The translations under genes were made by a program, and so were the position numbers. The notes under the pieces are model-generated. The model had not been told where the DNA came from and searched no databases. It was given only the letters and a program-made list of their open reading frames with translations. From contig MU058065.1 in the NCBI GenBank assembly GCA_013265495.1, forward strand, positions 3,885,003 through 3,949,002: a stretch of DNA of 64,000 nt. The letters are read 5' to 3'. Each line of letters starts with the position of its first letter. The first letter of the stretch is position 1. The DNA is from Vicugna vicugna. Its lineage: Eukaryota. Shown here piece by piece: positions 36,781 to 48,650 of the stretch.

Positions 36781-38639
36781 ATGCTCCAGGCAACAGCATG
36801 AATGGATCCCTCCCTCCCAGGACACAGCCTGTTGTCCTTCCTCCCCCTTCCCCCAGGACCACCCAGTAAACAGCCTTCCCTTGGCTGCCCCTCAGCCTTA
36901 GGAGAAGGAATCCAGGGAAGAGGACCATGCTGGACCTGGAAGTGTGTTTCGTCCATCTAGGCAGGTAATTTCTGGGTCCTGGTACCCAGAGGATGAGCAA
37001 GAAGGCAGGGGTGTGGTGGTGTAGGGACTGGGGGTTGGTGCAGGCTCTGATAGCACATGCCCACTTGCCCCAGAGATGTGTTACCCCATGGGGGTGCCCA
37101 GGTCTAAGGGTAGTACTGGCAGCACACAGTACGTGGTACCCAATAAGTGCTCAATAAGTATCAGCAATTATTATTCTTATCATTGTTGAACTTCAGAATT
37201 CATTAATTTGGCAAGTCACCATTTGGCTGTAATTCAATGTATATTGTGCGGGTGGTTTGTAAAAAATAGAAATCCAAAACTACTTCCTTCAGAAGTTTAT
37301 ATTCTATTTGACAAGACTAAGATGTTAATAACAAATTCATAGATAATATAGAACATTTCCTGACTTACGCTAAGAGAGTGAAATTCACTGTCAACGTTTA
37401 TGCTTAACAACTTTAATATCGTATCACTGGTGGCAGAAAACATTCAACCTTTTCAGTCTGTTATGCAGCCTCACCTCACTGGTTCCCCCTACGTGGTAAG
37501 CAAAATGTCCACTAGTGTCAGCAAACCTTTCCTCATGGTCAGTCCCCTAAATGATCTTGTGGACATCCCAGCGACTGCTCGTGTGAGCTCCTGGCCTCTC
37601 TCCTTCTAGACAAATCCTTGGCCTTAGATTTCCTGGATACGTCTTGGTCTCTCCTCTGGATTACGAGGCCCCAAGGACAGGAACATGACTCACACATCTT
37701 TGCCTTCTGCAAGAGAACATACCAGAAAGGCCTGCACAAAATGAGCTTTCAGTAAATAAGTGACTCTTAAAAGCTGAAGGAGAAGATTCATGAAACAGGC
37801 GATGTTGGAATGGGATCTTGAAAGACGAGGTGATTCGGGGCCTTCAGGCAGGGGGCTTAGCACATCCGAGGCAGGGAGGTATGGAACAGCATGAGTGAAA
37901 AACTGGACACGGCACGGAGCATGACCATACGAATGGGACAGGCCCACCTGGAGGAGAGGGGTCAGCCTGCAAAGCACCCGGAGGTGTCTTCTGGGGAGTC
38001 AGTTCATGGAGAACGATCCAGTGTGCTGAGCTCATAAACAAAAGATTGAAAATTTGCTTCCAATTACTGTCTTTGTGCCCTGTGCCCTTTACCTTGATAT
38101 GTGGGCCCTACTTAATAAGTAATGCCATGTTCTTCTGGAATACCACCTCAGCCCCTAGCTGGGGTTTAGTAGTTTTAAACACCACTCTCCCACCTTCCTC
38201 TTGGGTGGTGTACCAGCAGAAACTTACATTTTCGTAGCACTCCTGGACTGGAGCTTGAGTCGTAACAAGTACTCCTTGATAGTAAGGATGATGCAGGCAG
38301 GCCTCCAACATAGGATTTTTCCCAAAACCCACCCCTACTGTACCTACTGGTTTATTTTAGAAGCTTGAATTTTTTTTTTAAATAGAAAATGAAAAAAAAT
38401 CTCTCAAATCAATAGAGCTGCAAATCACCAGGAGTGAACCTTTACGTATGCAAACTAAAGACAACAACAGTAATAACAACTCAGCACCACCAGCAGCCAG
38501 AATGGGGTGCAGACTACGGCACGTGAGTCTCACTGGATTGCAAACATATGCTGTAACTTTACAGAAGAGGGTGGCGGGTAAGCGGGCTGACTTAAGCCAC
38601 TCTGGAAAACAGTGTTCTGATGGGAACTGTAAGGATAAC

Positions 38640-39800
38640 ACTGGTTTCTAGCTGGTAAATTTGTTTCTTCTGGTGATAGGGGTTAATGATGCTGAAAATG
38701 TCTTATGTGTGTCCTGAGGTTGAACACTCATACGTAAATGGATGATGAATGGTAGGGCTGGGCGTCTCCCTGTTAAGAGGGAAGTTACAGATGAGCAAGA
38801 AGGGAAGGTCAGGAGGAACCCTGTGGTACTGAGTTAGAGTCTGGGACATCAGCATGAACTCATGTTTTACTTAATATACACACCAATGTGTCGATGTAGG
38901 AACTACTAGAGACATGAGTATAAACGTTTCTTGGTTTACACCCACATATTACCTAGTTCTGCTAGCTGAGAGGGTCTGGAAGCAACACTGTCCCGATCAG
39001 AATGAGCACATACAGCACCCACATCTTGATTTCAAAATTCTCTTCTTTCATAAATGGAACCAAAGTTTCATGGAGAAATGGCTGATTCCAGGGCTGAGCA
39101 GGGAAATTACAAGATGAGCTTGGAGGGTCTCATAGTACCAGAAAGTAAGGAAGCCCGCAGGAAATTAAAGGATGTGGGCGGATCAAAGGTACACAAAAGC
39201 CAACTGAAAGCGCTCCCAACAGCCAAAGCTGGAATTTGAGCAAGAAGATAAATAACGCAGAATGGGATTATAACCCAAAGCACAAAAGAAGTATACATGA
39301 ATAAAAATATAAACCAATGTATAAAAGAAACATACATGAGTCTATAGTGATATAAATAAATAATTGAATACATAAATAAATGAATAAGAGAAGACGAATC
39401 TTCCCTACAGAAGAATTTTAGATACTATGTGTAGATCCTCCCTACTCCAGGAGATACGATTTAGTCACCGCCCCTCCCCACCTCACTTTGAGCTGGATTT
39501 AGAGACTATCTTCCAAACAATTAGGTACGGGAAGGTGAGAACTGTCACAGCCCAGAGGAGATTAAGGCGACACGACCAATAAACACAATAGAATATCCTA
39601 GATGAGAGCCTGGAACAGAGAAAAAGACATTAGTGAAAAATCCAAATACATCTGGGGTCTAGTTAATAGTCATGAATTAGTGTTGTTTCTTTTGACAGAG
39701 GAAAGATGAACTGGCTGAGGGATATACAGGAACTCTGTACTATCTTCACGAGTTTTCTATAAATGCACATATTTTCAAAAATAAAAAAGGTCATTAAAAA
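38640..39800 (+). mobile_element. L1MC3/L1MD-like 3' UTR
   Basis: ggagaaatggctgattccagggctg, tagtaccagaaagtaaggaag, gccaaagctggaatttgagcaa, ggaactctgtactatctt; ends in an A-rich tail. Confidence 0.8.
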
Positions 39801-42800
39801 AAGACGGTTACAGAGGTAGGATTGCCTGGTGCAGCTCCCCTATATTGTCACGTTTCCCAAGCAGATGGGGACCCACCTAAAGACTGATTTTAGAACCCTG
39901 AATTAAATTATAAGGCAAGACCAGTTTGGACCACTCTTTCTCATGTGCGTCCCAAACCAGACCTCTAGGTTCTGGATTAGAACAAGATTGCCCGAGAGTT
40001 TGAGATTCAATCCAGTACTGTAAATAGTGAACTGGACTTAAACCCTTTTGGCTAATGGTCTTCTAACATTCACTGCAGCTGCCACACTTAGATGATCTGG
40101 TAGAAGTTATTCAATTTTCCTTTTAGTAAGGGAATCATCATTACCTACAGTACAGAATAAAGACCTCCAAGTTCCAGAGAGGTTTTTGAATTTCTTATAG
40201 TGGAATTGTCCCATAAAATCTGCCAGCGTGATTTCAGTTTGCTGGTTGCCGTTTAATTTTCTCATAGCTAACCCCCAAATCAAAACATAGAAACAATGAA
40301 CACTTCATCCAATACGTTTAAGTATGATTCTTGACCTTCATAAGATTTAATTACATCAAGTGACTACTGAATTTGGTAATCAGAACACGATGGCATCGTA
40401 CCTCTTAATGGATATCAGCTAGTTGTCAGACAAGGGGATTCCTAGAAATCTAATCTTGATGAAGGGACAACTCCACTGAATTTCTGGACTCCTCCCTCCT
40501 AAATCCTCAAGTAGTTCTGCATCTTCATGGTCCACAGTTCCCGACGCCTCTTCTAATACACAAAACATGGGCAGTAAATTAGAAAACCTCAAGCAGTAAT
40601 TAATCTGGGACTTGGATATTTCATTCCAATTGGCATCTTTCATTTGACCCCCAGTCAACACAATGACATATTTACATTTTGTGTTAAGCAAAGAGTAAAC
40701 TCTGGGGGTGCAGCTAAGAATCAACTTTCCCCCATCCCAGTACACAGATTTACAACAGAGCTGTCTGCCAAATTAAGGTTGAGGCAGAGACAAACTGTTT
40801 AATTGGCACACTGGCGTCACAGGAGCCATTTATTGTGAATGGCTATGGGGACAACAGGAGTCCTCTGGTTACGTTCCAAGGATTCTGGCTGTATTTAAAC
40901 ATTTCCCTTGTAGAGTAACACTGATAATTTTGTATGCTACATTTATTTTCAGTTTAGCCTGTTTCTTACTCTCAATTATTTATAAAGACCCTCATGGAAT
41001 CCTGAAATAAGGCTTCCCCTGCCCCCACTACTGCTGTTGTCTTTTCTATTTCATCCTCTAAATTTCTTCCGGTGATAATAACCACAGAGGGGCTCCTCTT
41101 GGGTTCCTTGTCTGTGCAGCAATCCCAATGGTGAGGCCGGGAAGAAGGTTAAATTAAAAAACCGATTTACAGCAGCTTGGCAGCCGGCCACTTGGCCTGG
41201 TGGCACCGAGCATGAGATGGAGTCCCTGCATTCTTCCGGGGCACTTTGATGCAGCAGGAGTTAGGAAGGCAACGCTCCTTCTGTGGGTATCCGTCAATAA
41301 CTCTCATGGTGATTCCCTCTGGCAGCTTTATCTGCTTCCAGGTGATTCTAGCAAACAATTGAGATATCAACCTGGTATAGATTTTTTTTTTCCTTAACTG
41401 CTTTGCTAGAATGATGGATGCACCATTTCAACCCTGGGGTAAAACACATATTCTTTTATTCATCTGATTCTTTATTCATTCACATCATCAAGATACAATT
41501 TTTTTTTTTTTTTTACTTTACCCATCATAGAGCAAAGCCATTGGGTCTCAAGTGAGACAGGGTCGGGTTTCAAAGGAATTCCATGATATTCTGTGTTGCT
41601 TTACACAAGAGACAAACTTGAGGACTCTTGGTTTTCTCCTCTGTAAAATGGGCATTCTACTACATATAAAACTGCAAAGATTGAGTAAGTGATTTACTTT
41701 TGGCGATTAATACAATGTAAAGCCTTTGAGCCAGGTGTGCTGAGGACACAAAATTATCATCAGACTATTCAGAAGCAGATAGAATAAAATGTGAAAGTGA
41801 GAAAAAGAAAAAGATAAAGATGCAGAAGCCAGTGAGGCTCCCTTGTTACTATCCTTTGAGGGGAGAAATAAAGCATGGTGATGTGAAAATGATTTATTTT
41901 GACCATGTAAGTAAAACTAAAAAATTGCCTTGGTTTGACCATGAGAGTTCAGAGTGATCATGCTAATATTTCAACAATGAAAGGAAATCTTTAGCTTGTT
42001 AAGGTATTATTTTTCGTACTATGGAATCCTCACATTTGGGCTCAAGTACGAACTGAGTAGTTGTGGAATCTTAGACAAACCCCTGGACCCCCCTCTGGGC
42101 CACCTTTTCCTTATCATGAAATATCATGGTTGGAACAGGGCACCACGTCTTCTCCAGTGTTAACGCTCTATAGTTTAAGGATTTCAATTTTCCTTATCAA
42201 TGGAAGCTATAAGAACAATAACAACAGAACATAACCCAACAACAAACATGGTGCCTAAATTCTTCCTTACATAATCGCATTTCCCCCACTTCAGGCTGAA
42301 TCCTGAATTACCACTGTGAGGACATTAATCTCAAAATCCATTAAGATAAAATGCAATCAAAATACGGGGATACTGGCTGTAGCATAAATGAGATTTTGGA
42401 AAACCCACTTTGATTTTGTGTGCATCATAAGTTTAGTTAAAACATACACATTTATCAAAGCATTTGGAATTTTGTTTTCCTCTTTTCTGTAATTAGTAAT
42501 TGGACCAAGTCGCAAAAGACCAATTCAGAAGGCAAGGGGGATGAAAAGACTAGTCAAAATATTGGAAAATTGCAATAAAAAATGAGCAAGTGTTCTTTCT
42601 ATCTCTCATTTTTTCCTTCTTCAATCCTTCCTTCTCTTTCGTTATTCTCCATCCTATCCTCCTTCCCACCCTCCCTTGCTTTCTCTTTTCTTGCTGTACA
42701 GTAGAAAATACTGTCACTTTGCTCATCCATCTGGTTATGAAGACTGACTTCACTGCTAACTAATTTTGTCTACTCAGGCAAGTCAGTTCACCTCTCCCGG

Positions 42801-43325
42801 TATTTATTTTCCGCATCAGTAAAATGGTGTGATCATAACGGGCTCTGCTGTAAGGTTTCTATGGGAGGAAGACGAGGTAAGGGATGTACGAGTGTTTTAT
42901 CAACCACGCAATGCTTGCCTGCACTGATGTCATCCTACCTGTGTCTGTGGAGGGAGCCGTTGCCCTGCCCTTTGCCCTTCCCTCCATCACCCACACCTAG
43001 AAACCCCTTTCCCTTCTTTGCTCTACCCACCCCACCATACAACATAGGCTAATGTGGGAAAACTATAGAAACCTGGCCTGTCTCTTATTTTTGTGGGACT
43101 CATTTTGTTATGTAATAAGCGTAAATGTTTCAGAAGCCATGTAAGAGTGGAGGGGCAGAGGTGTTGGTGCTTCCGGGTTAAACCATCCTGCTGCTTTCCT
43201 GGGGGAAGCTTAGGTAGGTGATGATTTTCAGTTCTGCTCAGTAAATTCCATCTCTGGTACCAATGGTTCAAATCACCTTTAGAGGACCAGTATGTACAGG
43301 ATTGTTATTCTGTTCACCTGCATGC

Positions 43326-43573
43326 TTTTTTTGTTTATTATTATTGAAGTATAGTCAGTTTACTATGTGTCAGTTTCTGGTGTACAGCATACTGTTTCAG
43401 TCATACATATACATACATACATTCATTTCCATACTCTTTTCCATTAGAGATTACTACAAGACATTGAATAGAGTTCCCTGTGCTATACAGAAGAAACTTG
43501 TTGCTTACCTACTTTATATACGGTAGTTAATATCTGCAAATCTTGAGGGATAAATCGGGATTTGGAGATTTGC
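43326..43573 (-). mobile_element. Short L1 3' end with 29-nt inverted segment
   Basis: Antisense L1 3' UTR at 43326-43544, then sense-oriented gagggataaatcgggatttggagatttgc at 43545-43573. Confidence 0.85.
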
Positions 43574-43575
43574 TT

Positions 43576-43742
43576 ACTATTTATTTATTTTTTATTTATT
43601 TAAAATTGAAGTACAGTCAATTACAATGTGTCAGTTTCTGGTGTACAGCACAAGTTAAGCATATACATACATATATTCATTTACGTATTCTTTTTCATTA
43701 AAGGATATTACAAGATATTGAACATAGTTCCCTGTGCTATAC
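43576..43742 (-). mobile_element. Second short L1 3' end directly adjacent
   Basis: (TTTA)n tail, then attgaagtacagtcaattacaatgtgtcagtttctggtgtacagc...ccctgtgctat. Confidence 0.9.
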
Positions 43743-43974
43743 TGTTTACGGTTTTATTGATGGTTTTATTGATGGTTATTGATGGTGGGCCAATGACTCA
43801 TAACTGACAGACCAATAATTTTAGTTCATCACGTTCTTGGGAGGAGGGTTAGATGTCAGAGTTTCTCTCCGCCCCCTACAGATTACAGTTGTCAAAGAAT
43901 TTTTGCATTTTTCCTCACCCGATTGCTGGGAGTTATACCCACTCTAAAAGATCTCAGTCTAACCCTTAATGATC

Positions 43975-44150
43975 CAAGGTAATACTTCTCAATACTTAAT
44001 GCATGTATATATGAATCATCAGGGGTTCTTATCAAAATGAAGATTCTGATTCAGCAGGTTTGGGGTATAGCTCAGGGTTCTGCATTTCTCACAAGCTTTT
44101 AAGTGGTGCCCATGATTCTGGTCTGCAGATCACACCTTGGGCAGCTGGAC
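43975..44150. mobile_element. MER5A-like hAT MITE
   Basis: gaatcatcaggggttctt...agattctgattcagcaggtttgggg...ctgcatttct...ggtctgcagatcacac. Confidence 0.75.
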
Positions 44151-45099
44151 CCAGGGGAGAGAAAAAAGAGGAATGAGGTAGCCCTAGTGCCGTTTGTTCC
44201 CGGTTCAGCGGACAGCCGAGCAACAATCTGGGGGCTGTAAGAGGATGTATGGTATTTCCCAGGTATCATGTCCGGGCAAATGAAGACTGAACTGGTGCCC
44301 CTTGGACCCGCAGCGAGAGCGCCCCATGGACCTGCCCGTGAAGATGCATGCTTACCGTGTGGTACTGTCACATTCCTAGCTACACACCCAAAGACACCAA
44401 GTAACAGGTCAAAGGATTTTGTCTCAAAATCACCATCCTCCAGTTTTTCTTGCCAGCCATTCAGAAGGGAGTGAAAGGTATTGAGATTCCCCCTCTAGCT
44501 CCAGATTCAACCAAACATTCCGTGAACACAAAGGGGAAAAGTCTTTCTAGCTCCCGCAGGGTCGTAGTCAGGCTCCATCTTTGTTACGTCAAGCAAGAGC
44601 TCTTTGTGGAGGGAAGCAACCTCTGAGGAGAGACAAGACACGGAGCGCAGTGATTTATGGAAGACTCGTCTCACTGCCCTCCTTCCTTCCGACTCCTCCC
44701 CGGCTCCCCAGAGTGACACCTCTGTCCCACCAAATGGTCAAGAGTCCACATCTGAGTGTGTGTGAGGGCTGGAGGTGTGATTTGATGGTTTATGTTCCTT
44801 TGTGGCTGTTATTTGAGATGCAGGGAGAGGAAGGGAGGAAGGGCAGTGCTGGAAGCTGCGAAGGAGAATAAACGTCTCAGGGCTCTCGCCGAAGTTTATG
44901 GCTGCTTCTCTGGCCAGTGAAGCACAGAGTCAGAGGCTGTATTTCACATTCTCAATCTTTATGTATTTGAAGGACACAACAGATAAGGCTTTTTTCTTTT
45001 TGCTAACCCAAGAATGAGGTTTCTTGTTCTCTCTATATGTAATTCCCATTCTTATCCAACCCTGTTGGAAAGCATCAGTTTTGAAATAAACAAAAGTGT

Positions 45100-45300
45100 G
45101 ATTCTTTCACTTACTAGCTTGAGATCTTAGGTAAGTTATCCAACTTCTTTAAGCCTGGTTTCTTCACCTCTAGTACACCCATAAAAATATATCCTGTTGG
45201 GTCTCTATTTGAATTAAATTACATTAAATGAGGTAATGCATGTAGAGAGACTAGTACGCTGCCCGCTGTAGGCACTTGATTGATTTTACTATCATTATTC
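45100..45300 (+). mobile_element. MIR
   Basis: cacttactagcttgagatcttaggtaagtta...aagcctggtttcttcacct...attaaatgaggtaatgcatgta. Confidence 0.65.
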
Positions 45301-45599
45301 TAAATAATTTCATTTTTAAAAATCAGAATGGGTGTCTAAGGGCTAAGGGTTCTCCAGGTCACTTGAGAAATTGCTTGCCTTGTTTTTGAGTGTCTGTGTG
45401 TGGCGGGGGCTTTGATGGCTGACCTGTTTATTTCCGGGATGATGGAGCTCAGTGAAAGTGTGCCTGTGCTGTTCCCATAAGCTTCTATTGTGTGTTCAGA
45501 ATTAATCGAGTGTGACTCTTCCTTACTTTGGGACAGGATTTGGGTTTTGATTCTGTCTTAGTTGGACTCTACCTGGAGTTTTAGTGATTGTACTATTGA

Positions 45600-45780
45600 T
45601 GATGATAATAATAATACTAATAGCAATTATAGTAACAGCTAAGACTTCTGTGATGCTCAGTGCATGCCTGGTACTTCTCTAAGCCTTATACCTGCATTAA
45701 TTCTTATGACAAATGTGTATAGTAGGAACTATTAGTATCCTCATTCTGTAGACGAGGAAACTGAGTCACAGTTATTATCA
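45600..45780 (-). mobile_element. MIR
   Basis: tgcctggtacttctctaagc...ctcattctgtagacgaggaaactgagtcacag. Confidence 0.7.
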
Positions 45781-46009
45781 AAGGCACTTGGATTAATCAT
45801 GGGCTTTTTGATTACCCTCAGATCCACTTTGATATTAGTAAGCACAAACTTCACTTTTGTTTTCTTTAATGTATTACATACTGACTCTCTCTCCCTCTGG
45901 GCCAGAGTCACCACTTACTTATGTGCTCTATTTGTGTGTTCTCATTGCAGAAGAAAATATTCTTTGTTTTTCAAATTTGAAAATGTAAAATCCAAGACTA
46001 AGTCTTCCC

Positions 46010-46990
46010 AGCCCTCACTCCGGAATGTTTCCAGAATCTGACCACTCCTGATGAATTCCAATGAATCTGCTTAATCGGTTAAATACACCATCATCTCTTG
46101 TGTGGACGTTTGCAGTAGACCTCTCTGCTCTCCCCGCTTTCATGCTTGCCTCCCTCAATCCAAACTCCACACAGGAGCTTGACTGAGCCAGGTGTACATC
46201 AGATGTTAACAGTCCCCTGCTAAAGACCCTTCAGTGCTTACCCATTACAGTTAAAATGCAAGTCCCAGGTCATGTCCCAGAAGCCCCGCTCAGTACAACC
46301 CCTGCCTGCCTTTCCACCTCATTTTGTCCCTTTCTGTGGGAGGGTGCTCCAGAGAAGCAGACCAACAGGGTGTGTGCCTATATAGAAAGAGATTTACTGT
46401 TTGGAATTGGCTCACACAACTGTGGAGGCTGACAAGCCAAAAACATGGCGGGAGGGTTGTCAGGCTGGAGACCCAGGAGAACTAATGTTCCAATTTGAGT
46501 CCTAAGGCCATCTGCTGTAGAACCAATAAGAGCAGATGTTGCAGATAAAGGCAGTCAGCTGGAGAATTCTCTCTTGCACAGAGGTGGCCGGGCTTTTGTT
46601 CTATTCAGGTCTTCAACTGATTAGATGAGGCCCACCCACATTATGGAGGGCAATGTGCTTTATTCATAGTCCATAGATTTAAACTTTCATCTCATCCCAA
46701 AGCATCCACACAGAAACACGCAGAATAATGTTTGACCAAATATCTGGGCACCCTATGGCTCAGCGAAGCTGACACATAAATTAACCATATTCATTAAACC
46801 TCAGCCAAGCTTCTGTCTTCAAGCCTCTGTCCTCCTTTTCCTCCTCCTTAGAATTCTACTCTACTCTTTCTAGACTAGAATGTAAGTTTCCCCCTGGGAG
46901 GGACTCTACTGTGTCTTGTTTACTGATTTAATTCAGTGCCTAGAAGCAGGGAAATGCCCAAAAAATTAATATCTAAATAGTGGATGAATA
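46010..46990 (+). mobile_element. L2 3' region split by an MLT2 insertion
   Basis: ccagaatctgaccact...catcatctctt...aagacccttcagtgctt before 46335; ctagactagaatgtaag...gtcttgtttactg...cagtgcctagaa...gatgaat after 46790. Confidence 0.7.
46335..46790 (-). mobile_element. MLT2-like ERVL solo LTR
   Basis: ctccagagaagcagaccaacagg...ggaattggctcacac...gatgaggcccacccacatt...gacacataaattaaccat. Confidence 0.85.
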
Positions 46991-48459
46991 AAGTGATTAA
47001 TTAATTTGTTCAAAGAAGATAGTATACCTGGACTTGAAAACCCAAGTGGTCACCTATGTTGTGTGATGTTGGAAGTGCAATGACATCCAGTCTTTATCAA
47101 AATATCTCCCTTGTGAATCAGCACAGTAACATCCACGTCTGCTGCCCTAAATCATATCCTTCAAGTCACCCCTGGTTGGATGACATTGTGTCTCAATGAT
47201 CTTTGCTAAGTGTGCATGTAATCCAAAGTCTTCCCTTTCATTCTTGTCATGTAATTGTATCAATTCAGATTAATTTACTAAGGGATTCCTTGCATGACCA
47301 TCTTCAAAGACCCTGACATCCTGACCTTGAAGGAATGATTCTGAGAATGTCAGAGGTGGAAGGAAACCTCAAGATCACCAGATCCTGCTCTTCTTGCAGA
47401 TGAAAAAACTGAGGTCCACAGAGGGTTAGTACTTTGTGTAAAGCCAGGTAACCAACTAATGAAAGTGCTCGGTCCAAAAGTTAAGCCTTTTTGGTTTAGG
47501 ATTCTACGTAACAGAACAGAAGATTTTTAGTGGGAAGAAATTTTGCATCCAGCAGTACTGAGTGACAAATCTGAGCAAAGCAATGTTTTAAGAGTGTGGG
47601 AAAGAGGAATGTGTGTATGAGTGTATATGTGTTGATTAGGATAGAGTAACCTTGGGAAGACAAAAAATAGTATCCTTTCTTCCTCTCTAGCCCCAAATCA
47701 TTAATAAGTCAATCATAAAGATCAAGAGATGAAGATTTTAAAAATTTGCTTTATGACTGATAATGCTGATTGGAAAACACTATTTCATATGTGCAGCCGC
47801 AAGACTTGCCTTCCCACTGTAGACCTCAAGAAAGAGTTCACTCAAAGGAGAGTTTTAGCCTGAAAAGCAGAAATAAATATCCAAGATCCCCTCTTACCAT
47901 TGGTCCAGAGTAGGCATGGGACACAGAGTGAATCTCCATTGTTTATGACCTTTGGATAAATGAACTCCACCCAGCCCCCATACACAGGGGTATTTACCAG
48001 ATCTGTAATCCCCACAAATCCAATGGGTTGCTTTTCTTCTGTGTTGAGGAAAAGGGGGTTTAGGGACCTTGCAGGAGTAACTCTACAAGTAGCAAGATCT
48101 TTCTGGAGGTAGGGGGGTGGGCAGGAGGACTGGCATGAAGACTGTGTGTCATTGCTGTGCTGAGGAGGGCAGTCCTGTTTTGATGGGATGCATGGATGGG
48201 AAGAACTGTTAATCTTCCCTCAGGAACAGAATTCTTAGCACACCAAGTTTATTGTCTGAGTGACTGAAACTCTTGCTAGATCATCTACTTTAATGCATAT
48301 GCTTAAAAGGTAGGGGTTCATCTTTGTATTTTTCTTTGACACCCTAGAAATTGACATGCTCTGATTTGATGCATGTAGAGCAACTACTTGCTAAACCTTT
48401 GAGGAGAGTGATGGTCTCAGTTGTTCACATTATCTCTTTGTCTTTCCTAATTCCCTTTG

Positions 48460-48650
48460 GAGAGGGGCTCTGGCATAAGATATGGGTTCTAACCCTGCAA
48501 CTCCACTTACTATGCATGTGACCTTACAAAACTATCTCTCCCCAAGAAGTCTCTATGTTCCTATTTACAAAATTAAGATTATAATATTGCAGGGAGGATT
48601 AAATGAGATGTTAAAACAGTCTTCCCAGTGCCTGGAATATAGAAGCCACT
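48460..48650 (+). mobile_element. MIR
   Basis: tgggttctaaccctg...ccacttacta...tgtgacctt...gaggattaaatgagat...cagtgcctgg. Confidence 0.65.

Noticed and set aside
44062..44075. ggggtatagctcag resembling a tRNA 5' end
   Set aside because: Only 14 nt, no downstream tRNA structure, and it lies inside a MER5A-like element.
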